The notes under the pieces were generated by a model. That model was not told the origin of the DNA. It saw only the letters and a program-made list of their open reading frames with translations, and searched no databases. Below are positions 1 to 9,672 of a stretch of 64,000 nt of DNA, piece by piece. Each line of letters opens with the position of its first letter. Positions within the stretch are counted from its first letter, which is position 1. Position numbers and translations under genes: made by a program. The stretch lies in NCBI GenBank assembly GCA_038087875.1, contig CM075994.1, positions 930,001 through 994,000 on the forward strand, written 5' to 3'. The stretch is from Malacoraja senta. Lineage: Eukaryota.

Positions 1-307
1 CTCTCACCCCAACCACAGACTGTTTACCCTCCTACCGTCCGGGAGGCGCTACAGGTCTCTCCGTTGCCGGACCAGCAGGTCCAGGGACAGCTACTTCCCT
101 GCGGCGGTTACACTACTCAACACTGTACCTCGGTGACTGCCAATCACCCCCCCCCCCCGGACACTCCTCCCACCAGGATTTATTAGATGTATTTATTTAC
201 TGCTCATATTTATGTCGCTCTTCCAGGGAGATGCTAACTGCATTTCGTTGTCTCTGTACTGTACACTGCACAATGACAATAAAGTTGAATCTGAATCTGA
301 ATCTGAA
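1..307 (+). mobile_element. 3' end of Rex1/Babar-type LINE
   Basis: Matches the ends of the longer copies ([20 protein letters not shown]...LLNTVPR*), AATAAA, (GAATCT)n tail. Confidence 0.9.
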
Positions 308-442
308 TGTAATGACTGTGGTTGTGAGTGCAATGTTATCTCTGAGGATCATTAGGTCTCATTAGTGCTGGTTTGCGAACACTCGCGTTGAATATTTGCT
401 CTGGCTAATGACATGGATGTCGCAAGAGACCATCTGCTCACG

Positions 443-448
443 TATAAA
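443..448 (+). promoter_or_regulatory. Candidate TATA box of GPCR copy 1, conserved in all five copies
   Basis: TATAAA 58 nt upstream of the ATG. An in-frame TAG upstream of the ATG supports this start. Confidence 0.45.
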
Positions 449-589
449 TCCTTCCGTTTCCAAAGCACCCCATTCATAGAGCGCCTCCTTTCACCAGAGG
501 ATGGGAACGTACGCACTTCACATCGAGATCTTCTGCCCGATTATTGCAGTCATTGGTGTGCCTGGTAAGTCATTTCATTTAATGTAGCG

Positions 590-908
590 GTGGTTTTCTC
601 TCCGTCCCTCCCCCACCCTATTTGTCGTACTAGTTTCACTGTCGTCTTATTGAGTTTCACTGTCTGTACAACTCGTTATCACCTAGCCCTCATCCAACAA
701 TGGGCCATCATGGGCTCTCCATTTTCTTGATAATCGTTACTTCATGAATAGCTTTCATTCATTTGCTCTTTATCTCTCTCTATCACCGACTATATCTCTC
801 GTTTTCTTTTCTCCTTACTGGTCTGAAATAAAGGTCTCGACCCGAAATGTCACTTATTCCTTCTCTCCAGAGATGCTGTCTGACCCACTGAGTTAATCCA
901 GCATTTTT
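590..908 (+). mobile_element. Penelope-derived/SINE-like 3' fragment in intron 1 (all units)
   Basis: Ends in ...tctcgacccgaaatgtcac...gagatgctgtctgacccactgagttaatccagcatt, with a degenerate hammerhead-like core at 821-853. Confidence 0.6.
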
Positions 909-1467
909 GTGCCTCTTACCAGAATGATGCCTGCTTTAGCGGGAATCAGCTACAAGGAGAAGTCGGACAGACTTGGATTGTTTTCTCTGGAATACCGGAG
1001 GTTGAATCTTTCTATGTCTCTTCATTGTTTTTGGCTGCAGTTGATTTCTCTGCATCCATTGTGCCAGTCAGTGGTCAGAGTCAGGGCAACGATGAGATTG
1101 TTCACTTTTGTGCTCTTGGCTTCAATGCTAAGGGAAGACGGATTGCTTCTAACATTGGGCAGGTAGTCGCTGGTCTGCGCAGGCCCGACGGGCCAAATGG
1201 CCTGTTTTCACGCTGTTCCTCTTGTTCCAGAGTTGCTGCCTCACATCGCAAAAGACCTGGGTTCAGTCCTGACCTCGGGTGTTGTGTATGGCCTGGATGG
1301 AGTGAATGTGAAGAGCCCGTCAAGTCTACTGTAACATTCAGTCATGGCTGATCTATCTTCCCCTGATCACCCCCATTCTCCTGCCTTTACCCACTATCCT
1401 TTAACCACCTTATTGATCAAGAACCTGTCAATCTCCGGTTAAGAACTACCCAAAAGACTTGGATCGT

Positions 1468-1695
1468 ATTCAGTTCAGTTGAATTTAGTTCATTATCACG
1501 TGTACCGAGGTACAGTGAAAAGCTTTTTTTGCGTGCTAACCAGTCAGCGGAAATACAATACATGATTACAATCGAGCCATTTCCAGTGTACAGATAATAG
1601 ATAAGGGAATGACGTTCAGTGCAAGGTAAAGCCAGCAAAGTCCGGTCACACATGGTCCGTGTCACTAATGAGGTAGAAAGTAGTTCAGGACTGCT
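1468..1695 (-). mobile_element. Retroposon 3' tail fragment in intron 1
   Basis: Reverse complement matches 4680-4900 and 60850-61060. Confidence 0.65.
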
Positions 1696-1937
1696 GAAAT
1701 TCTGGTTATATTTATTGCCGTTCCCTACAGATGCAGTCCCCCACGCCTCTATCCCATTTCCCTCTTGCTTCTCGCCGTTGTGTGTTTCCTTACAGCCAAC
1801 CTGATGTCCTTGGTGACCCTGTTCCGAGGAAAGTGCGGTCTCTCCAAAGACATCACCTGCTACATGATGGCCATGGCGATGGGTGATCTCATGGTGTTGG
1901 TCTTCAACGTCATAGTCAGCCAGTTAGTCAGGTACGT

Positions 1938-3412
1938 ACTGCATACCTGCTCCAACCTCATCTACTGCATGTGTAGGAAGGAACTGCAGATGCTGGTTTA
2001 CGCCGAAGATAGCCACAAAATGCTGGAGTAACGCGGCGGGACAGGCAGCATCTGCGGATAGAAAGAATGGGTGACGTTTCGGGTCGAGAGCCTTCTTCAG
2101 ACTGAGAGACAGTGGAAGGGGACACGCAGAGATATCAAAAGGAAAGGTGTGAAAACGAGACATCAAATGGGACGCTGTTACCGTAAAATACGATAGAACT
2201 TTACTAATGCCAGGAGGGAAAGTATTCTGCTAACAGTCATTAAAAAAAACCAAGATACATTAAATTAAAGTGACGAATGGGAAGGTTTGGGGATGTGCAA
2301 AGATTTGGGAAGGGGGGTGGGGGGTGAAGTGGTATTCTGATCAAGGGAAAAGTAGAATGGACCATTGTTAGCTCGGAGAAGTGGACAACGAAGCAAAGAG
2401 AGATAAATATTTAATCAAAGGGACAGTCAGACTGGTCGGGGAATTAGGATGGGATGGAGAGAGTGGAAAAGCAAGGGTCACTTGGAGTTAGAGAAGTCAA
2501 GCTGGGGTGTAAGCTGCCGAAGCGAAACACGAGGTGCTGTTGCTCCTGTTTGCGCTGGCCCTCACTCTGACAATGGTGGAGGCCCCTGACAGAATGGGTA
2601 GGTGTGCGAATGGGAGGAGGAGTAAAAGTGTTTGGCCACCGGGAGATATCCCAGTTCCCGATGTGGCCTCCTGGACATCGGCAACACAATGTGTAGACTG
2701 GGCGAAAATTTTGCCGAACACTTGCGCTCGGTCCGCCAAGACCTGCTGGATCTCCCGGTTTTTAACCATTCCCTTCCCGTTACCACACTGGCCTTTTTTA
2801 AAATCCTGGGCCTCCTTCACTGCCAGAGTGAGGTCACACGCAAACTGGAGGAACAGCATCTTACAACCCAACGGTATGAACATTGAATACTCCGATTTTA
2901 GGTAACCTTTCACCAACCTCCCGCAAAGCCCATTCCATTCTACCCCACACCACCCCTCTCTCTTCGCACGCCTCCCCGCTCCTGTTCCCCGCACAGCACT
3001 AAAGACCTGGGTTCGACTCTGACTTTGGTGTGTCTGTGTGTAGTATGAACATTCTGCCTGTGACTGCGTGGGTTTTATCCAGGTGCTCCGGATTGCTCCC
3101 ACACTCCACTGGTCTGATTGCAAAAGTTAGAGGAAACCTTGGGCACCCGGAGATACCCACGATGTCACGGGGACAACGGCCAATCTCAGGGCAGACTGCA
3201 CCCGTAGTCAGAATCGAACCCGGGTCTCTGGCAGCAACTCTACCGCTGCGCCACCGTGCCGACCCGCTGCGTTACTCCAGCGTTTTGTGTTTATCTTTCC
3301 TCCATTTGCTGCCTGACCCGCTGAGTTACATCCAGCGTTTTGTATATCTATTTTTCTTTCCAGGGCCGCTGCCTGACCCGCTGAGTCACCCCGGCGTTTC
3401 TTGTCCTTTCAG
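1938..3412 (+). mobile_element. Composite Penelope-like remnant filling intron 2
   Basis: Plus-strand GIY-YIG remnant TCSNLIYC / RCGLLDIGNTMCRLGENFAEHLRSVRQ...LQPNGMNIEYSDFR*, split by a minus-strand Penelope 3' end (about 1971-2645). Then two inverted SINE heads (about 3000-3260) and three tandem terminal pieces up to the acceptor. Confidence 0.75.
2071..2104 (-). ncRNA. Penelope-type minimal hammerhead ribozyme motif
   Basis: Minus strand reads cagt-CTGAAGA-aggctctcgaccc-GAAAC-GTC-ac. Paralogues at 14410-14443, 22937-22970 (mutated) and 39544-39577; deleted in unit 5. Confidence 0.6.
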
Positions 3413-4614
3413 GTACCACTTCCCCGGGTCTCCGCTCCGCTACACGCCCGTGTGCCGGCTCAGTGCCTACCTGCAAGGCTTCAGTTTCCAGCTCAATACC
3501 TGGTTCACCGTGGCCTTCACGTGTGACCGTTTCGTGGCTATCTGTTGCCGGAAGCTGAGGCGCACGTATTGCACCGAGCGAACCGCGGCGATGGTGTTAG
3601 CGGCGGTAGGAATGGTCAGCGTGTTGACGAACGCGCCCTGGCCTCTCCGCTACCGGCCCTGTCACACCGTTCACCGTGTAGCCTACGATTGCTGCCCTGT
3701 GCCGGGACACCTGGAATCCCCACTGTGGTCCGCCCATCGCTGGGCCTCCAACCTCCTCAACACCTTCCTCCCCATCCCCGCCCTGCTGCTTCTGAATTCG
3801 CTGACCGCCAGACACGTCCTGTGGGCTAGCAGGGCCCGACTGGCCCTGAAGGGCCTCTCCAGGGGGGCGGGGGCAACGACCCCGAGGTCAGGAGCCGGAG
3901 GGCTTCGGTCGCCCTGCTGTTCGCCGTCTCCGGGAGCTTCGTGGCGCTGGCCGTTCCCATCACGGTGATCCACGCCTGGGTGGGGGTGAGCGGGACGGTG
4001 ATGTTCCGCGGTCCCCGCTCGCTGTACAAGGCCGTGCAAGTCGCGATGCTGCTGAAGTGCCTCGGTTCCTGCACAAACACCTGTGTGTACGCCCTCACCC
4101 AGAGCAGGTTCAGAGCGCAGTTGAAAGCCCTGCTCACATCCCCCTTCGCCGCCCTGTGCATAGGTGTTAAGGTGAGGGGGAAAGATGTACGAGGAACCTG
4201 AGGGGTACCCTTCAGCCAAACTTGCTCACAATGGCCCCCATGCTCCGTCTACACTAGGCCCACCTGCCTGCATTTGGTCCATATCCCTCCAAACCTGTCC
4301 GATCCATGTACGTGTATAAATGTTTCTTAAACGTTGTGATAATTAACCCTATGTCCTGCACTTAGAACGTGGAACTTAGCACTGGAACACAATGTCCGTG
4401 CCACAATGACCGTGCCAAACACGATGGCAAGATCATCTAATCTCTATGTTGCCGCGTGGGTTTCCTCTCGGTGCAGCATTTCCTTCCACACCCTATAAAT
4501 TTTGTAGGATATTTGGACTCACCAAATTGCCCATTAGAGTATAGGGAGTTCTCCTCTCTCCCCTTTTCTCCCCTCTCCCATCGCGCAAAATGTATAGAAA
4601 TATGAATACACACA

Positions 4615-4905
4615 CCTCAAGTTTCAGGGATAGTTTCTTCCCAACTGTTATCAAGAAACTGAAGCATCCTACCACAACCAGTGAGCAGTGCTAAATTACT
4701 ATCTACCTCATTGGTGACCGTCGGACTATTTTTTACCGGAATTTACTGGATTAACCTTGCACTAAACGTTATTCCCTTATCGTGTATCTGTACAATGTGG
4801 ACGGCTCCATTGTAATCATGTATTGTCTTTCCGCTGACTGGTTAGCACGCAACAAAAAGTTTTAACTGTACCTCCGTTAACGTGACAACAAACAAAACGA
4901 AATTA
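4615..4905 (+). mobile_element. Rex1-like 3' end in the presumed GPCR 3' UTR
   Basis: FRDSFFPTVIKKL-like end of the RT ORF plus 3' UTR, present in all units. Confidence 0.6.
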
Positions 4906-4958
4906 TTCCTACTGTATGCGTCTACTAGGGTGACAGATAGACTCTTTTATTGTTCCAG

Positions 4959-4969
4959 ATTAAAATAAA
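4959..4969 (+). terminator. Candidate GPCR polyadenylation signal
   Basis: Overlapping ATTAAA/AATAAA about 760 nt after the stop codon. AATAAA is lost in copy 3. Confidence 0.35.
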
Positions 4970-4980
4970 ACATGAATTGG

Positions 4981-6137
4981 ATCATCATTGAATCATTGAA
5001 CCATTGAATCATTCAACCATTGAATCATTGAATCATTGAACCATTGAATCATTCAACCATTCAGCCAGTGAACCATTGAATCATTGAACCAGTCAGCCAT
5101 TGAGTCATTGAGCCATTCAATCATTGAACCATTGAGCCATTGAATCATTGAACCAATGAGCCATTGAACCATTGAACTATTGAGCCTTTGAATCATTGAA
5201 CCATTGAATCATTCAACCATTCAACCATTATAACCATATAACCATATAACAATTACAGCACGGAAACAGGCCATCTCGGCCCTTGTAGTCCGTGCCGAAC
5301 ACTTACTCTCACCTAGTCGCATCTACCTGCACTCAGACCATAAGCATGGAACCATTGAAACAATGAATCATTGAATCGTTGAACGATTGAGCCATTGAAT
5401 CATTGAACCATTGAACGATTGAGCCATTGAGCCATTGAACCATTGAATCATTGAGCCATTTGTCCTTTAATCTGGTTGATCACAAACTCTGTTCTCATTG
5501 GGTCCATTCGAAGCGGGGAGAAATCTCGTCTGCACGGAGTAAATAACATTAATTGAATCATTGAACCACAGAACCATTGAATCATTGAGCCAATGAATCA
5601 TTGGATCATTGAATCATTGAACCGTTGAACCGTTGAGCCATTGAGCCATTGAACCATTGAACCATTGAATCACCGAATCATTGAACCATCGAATCATTGA
5701 ACAATTGTATCATTGAGCCATCAAAACATCGAACCATTGAACCATTGAATCGTGGAATCATTAAATCATTGAACCATTGAGCCATTGAACCATTGAACCA
5801 TTGAGCCATTGAATCATTGAATCATTGAATCATTGAACCGTTGAACCGTTGAGCCATTGAGCCATTGAACCGTTGAGCCATTGAACGATGGAGCCATTGA
5901 ATCATTGAATCATTGAATCATTGAATCATTGAGTCATTGAGCCATTGAATCATTGAATCATTGAATCATTGAACCATTGAGCCATTGAGCCATTGAATCA
6001 TGGAGCCATTGAACCATTGAGCCATTGAATCGTTGAACCATAGAGCCATTGAGCCATTTAGCCATTAAGCCATTGAACCATTGAGCCATTGAATCGTTGA
6101 ACCATAGAGCCATTGAACCAATGAACCATTGAGCCAT
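4981..6137. repeat. 8-bp minisatellite (CATTGAAT/CATTGAAC/CATTGAGC)n, unit 1
   Basis: Variant octamers, interrupted by a retroposon tail and a duplicated spacer of about 90 bp. Confidence 0.95.
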
Positions 6138-6279
6138 TTGTTCTTTACAAACTTTGTTCCCATTGGGTCCATTCGAAGCGGGGAGAAATCTCGTCTGCAC
6201 GGAGTAAATAACATAAACTGCAGTCACTGAATTCACTGTTTCACAACGGGACACGAAATGGAATATTATTTCAATGTTT

Positions 6280-6884
6280 CTATAGAGAATAGACACAGGA
6301 GTGGGCCATTCGGCCCGTCGAAATAGCACCGCCATTCAATGTGACCATGGCTGTTCATCCCCAATCAGTATTCCGTTCCTGCCTTCTCACCATATCCCCT
6401 GACTCCGCTATCTTTAAGAGCCCGATCTAGCTTTCTCTTGACAGTATCCAGAGATCCAGCCTCCACAGGCAGAGAATTCCACAGAATCACAGCTCTCTGT
6501 GTGAAAAGGTGTTTTCTCATCTCCGTTCTAAATGGCTTACCCCTCAGTCTTAAACTGTGGCCCCTGGTTCTGGACTCCCCCAACATGTGTCCTGCATCTA
6601 GCATGTCCAAACCCTTAATAATCTTATATATTTCAATAAGATCCCCTCTCATCTAAATTCCAGAGTATACAAGCCCAGCCGCACCATTCTCTCAGCATAT
6701 GACAGTCCCGCCATCCCAAGAATTAACCTTGTATACCTGTGCTGCATTCCCTCAATAGCAAGAATTTCCTTCCTCAAATAAGGGGACCAAAACTGCTCAC
6801 AATACTCCAGGTGTCGTCTCACTAGTGCCCTGTACCACTGCAGAAGGACCTCTTTGCTCATATACTCGACTCCTCTTGTTATGA
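6280..6884 (-). mobile_element. Old CR1 LINE 3' fragment
   Basis: Minus-strand RRHLEYCEQFWSPYLRKEILAIE...RTRGHSLRLRGKPFRTE. Paralogues at 18558-19162, 27192-27797 and 43623-44227. Confidence 0.9.
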
Positions 6885-7035
6885 CTAGAGAACACACTGA
6901 GTCATGTGGATATCCCAAAAGCTATTGAAGGTGTACAATTCATCAATACATTAAAACAAGGTGCCAGTTAGTACCTGTTGTCAACCTATTCATGTTCCCT
7001 ACCTTTGAACTCCGCTCCTTGAGGTTTCAGAAGAC

Positions 7036-7276
7036 GTTTAGTTTAGTTTAGTTTAGAGATGCAGCGTGGAACAGGCCCTTCGGCCCACCGAGTCCGTGCC
7101 GACCAACGATCCCCGCACGTTGACACGATCCCGCACACACTAGGGATAATTTACATTTCTACCAAGCCAATTAACCTACATAGCTGTACGTCTTTGGAGT
7201 GTGGGAGGAAACCGAACATCTCTGACGCAGGTCAAGGGGAGAACTTACAGACAGCACCCATAGTCGGAATCTAATC
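7036..7276 (-). mobile_element. tRNA-derived SINE with (CTAAA)n tail
   Basis: Same family as 58655-58965. Paralogues near 19420, 27949 and 44485. Confidence 0.75.
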
Positions 7277-7329
7277 TCGGCCCTGTAGATGATGTTGGAG
7301 GAGATGCCAGTCAACCTCTGCCTCATCTG

Positions 7330-7477
7330 CATTTGCACCTCCTCGCCCCGACAGTCTTTTCAGGTGAGGCAGAGGTTCACTTGCATCTCCTACAACCTCA
7401 TCTACTGTATCCGCTGTCCCAGGTGTGAACCTCCGCACATCGGCGAGACCAAGCGCAGGCTCGGCGATCGTTTTGTT
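7330..7477 (+). mobile_element. Penelope GIY-YIG fragment (resumes at 8398-8432)
   Basis: QVRQRFTCISYNLIYCIRCPRC...HIGETKRRLGDRFVEHLRSVR. Uninterrupted at about 19730-19890 and 44795-44955. Confidence 0.8.
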
Positions 7478-8397
7478 ATAATAATAGTAATAATCATTTT
7501 ATTTACTGGCGCCTTTCTAAAACCCAAGGACACCTTACAATGCATAGAATCACAAAAAAATACTAAACACATAATCGGAATAAATTAAATATAAAAACAC
7601 CACAGTACACAAATCAAGGACAGAATTCAATTTCAAGAGCACCAAAAGAAAATAAGAAACACAATTTGAGGAGAGAGCAGCGGCGACCAATTCGCGCCAG
7701 CGTCCACTCTCCCCTCCGACCGCCATCTTGTACACGGACTGACAGGCACAGCACACAAAATCATCCCCCCACAATGACCACCACTGTGGGGGAAGGCACA
7801 ATGTCCAGTCCCCAACCCAGTTCTCCCCAGAGTCAGGCCCATCGAGGCCACCACAGTTGCCTCTACGGAGGCCCGATGTTCCTGGCCGTCGGGAGAGTCC
7901 TCGGAGCGGTTGGACGGCCGGTTTCCCGACGGAGTCGATGGCACCTGAAGCCGACAGGGCCGCGCCGATTTGGAGCCACGAGGCTCCCGATGTTGGAGTC
8001 GGCGCCGCCGCCCGCAGCTGGTCGCTCCGCAGTCCTGCAGCCCGGAGGTGTTGGTGTCGGCGGTCCAGCTCACCGGAGCTCCAGCGCGTCGTTCCAGCGC
8101 GGCGACCCAGGCAAGGCATCGCCCGCTACGCTCCACGATAGCGCTCCAGCGCTGTGCCGCTACCGAAGCTGAAGGTGCTGGGCGGTCCCCGTCAGGAAAC
8201 GGCGCTCCATGCCCGCTGGTAGGCCACGAGGACGGGTCGACGAGGCAGCCTGGAGAAAAAGCTGCCTCACCGACCAGGTAGGGACCTAGAAATAGTTTCC
8301 CCCTTACCCCCCCTCATTAAAAGTCAAAACCGCCCAAACAAACAAAGAAATTAGAAACACTAAAACAAAAGAAAGAGTGAATTTGACGGACGGCTGC
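7478..8397 (-). mobile_element. Non-autonomous GC-rich retroposon with L2-like tail
   Basis: TGTT on both sides; empty site in units 2 and 4. Minus-strand 3' end tgtaaggtgtccttggg...gaaaggcgcc...aataaa(tta)n. Deleted copy at about 28290-28729. Confidence 0.7.
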
Positions 8398-8437
8398 TGT
8401 TGAACACCTCCGCTCAGTCCGTCTTAACCGTCTTACG

Positions 8438-9218
8438 TTTAAGCAATTTAATATCCTTTATTGTCATTTAGACATTTCAGTCTGAGCGAAATTGTATACC
8501 TTGCAGTCATAACATAGAATAAAATAACAAAACACACAGTTAACACAGTTTAACATCCACCACAGTGAGTCTACCAGGCACCTCCTCATTGTGATGGAAG
8601 GCAAAAATCTTAAAGTCCTTGTAATTTCCCTCCTCGTCTCTCTCTACTTTGAGGCGATCCAGGCTTCCGGTGTTGGGCATCCCAGCGGCTCCGCGAACGG
8701 GCTGGATCAAACTCCGTGGCCCGGGGCGGTCGAAGCTGCCGAAGCTGTCACCCACCAGTTCAGCGGACGAAGCTGATGTTGCGGGAGCTCCGGAGAATCG
8801 GTCACCAACCTGGGACCTGCGAGCTCCCGACGTTGTCGTCCACTGGGCCCGCGGCCGAGCCTCCGAGGCTCCGAAGTCGGGTCGCCGCCACCACAGCCCC
8901 GAAATCGGCCAGCCTCGCGATGGTAAGTCCTGGCTCTGCCTCCGGAGCCTCTAGGTCGGTCCCTGTTGGAGGCCGCCAGCTCCGCGATTAGGCCTCAGTG
9001 CAGACGGAGACGGAGACGGGGGATACGACAAGAAAAGGTCGCACCCCCCCCCCCCCCCGATGGAGGAGACTAAAGACAATTTCTCCCATTCCCCCCACAC
9101 ATACACAACTAAAATAAACGAAATAAACTAAACAACAGGACAAAAGAAACAAAAAAAAAGAAAAGACAAACGGACTGCAGGTGAGCCGCAGCTGCTTGGG
9201 CAGCGCCGCCACTTCCGG
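8438..9218 (-). mobile_element. Non-autonomous GC-rich retroposon with Rex1-like tail
   Basis: Minus strand starts ccggaagtggcggcg and ends aatgacaataaag, as Rex1 does. Paralogues at 19895-20689, 28768-29554 and 44958-45753. Confidence 0.65.
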
Positions 9219-9399
9219 ACATCGAAATCTGATAGAGAATAGACCAAGGGTCACCAAAAGGGTAGATAGTATTTCAGGACTGCTCTGTGGTTATGGTAGG
9301 GTGTATCAATTGCCTGATAACAGCTGGGAAGAAACTGTGCCTGAATGTGATGATGTGCCTTTTCAGATCAAGTTTCAGATCAAGTTTCCGAGCTTTATC

Positions 9400-9672
9400 A
9401 CTCAACTAACCTAAAATAAACGAATCAAAACTAAACTCGACTAGAATAGACTAAACTAAACTAAATTAAACTAAACTAAACTAACTTGGCTAAATTAAAT
9501 TAGACGAAACATAATGAAATGGAACAAAACAAAACTAAACTAGATTAATGATAACATAACTAATTAAAGGAAACTAATACACTAAAGTAAACTAACTAAA
9601 GCAAACTAACTAAATTAAATTAACTAAAGCACACTAACTAAACTAGTGATTACACTAACTAAACTAAACTAG
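9400..9672 (+). repeat. Degenerate (ACTAA)n expanded SINE tail
   Basis: Follows a SINE 3' terminus (tttccgagctttatcact); recurs in units 1-4. Confidence 0.7.

Larger units (their letters stand above)
501..4201 (+). pseudogene. GPR139/GPR142-like orphan GPCR, copy 1 (frameshifted)
   Basis: Exons 501-564, 1796-1931 and 3413-4201, with GT-AG introns in phases 1 and 2. One C is missing near 3854 (gggcctct vs gggccctct in copies 2 and 4), shifting the frame after TM5. This could be a homopolymer sequencing error. Confidence 0.75.

Noticed and set aside
1468..4905. Inverted retroposon tails around exons 2-3 as a circRNA driver
   Set aside because: Exon 3 appears terminal, with no downstream donor, and the repeats are diverged and abundant.
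4981..6137. CRISPR-like repeat/spacer array
   Set aside because: Octamer tandem repeats with no regular unique spacers and no cas genes; eukaryotic context.
5958..6335. Trp-rich repetitive ORFs (also 18247, 26871, 43312, 54172)
   Set aside because: Translations of the 8-bp minisatellite.
7550..9257. Overlapping GC-rich ORFs
   Set aside because: No recognisable domains, frames differ among paralogues, and they lie in non-autonomous elements.
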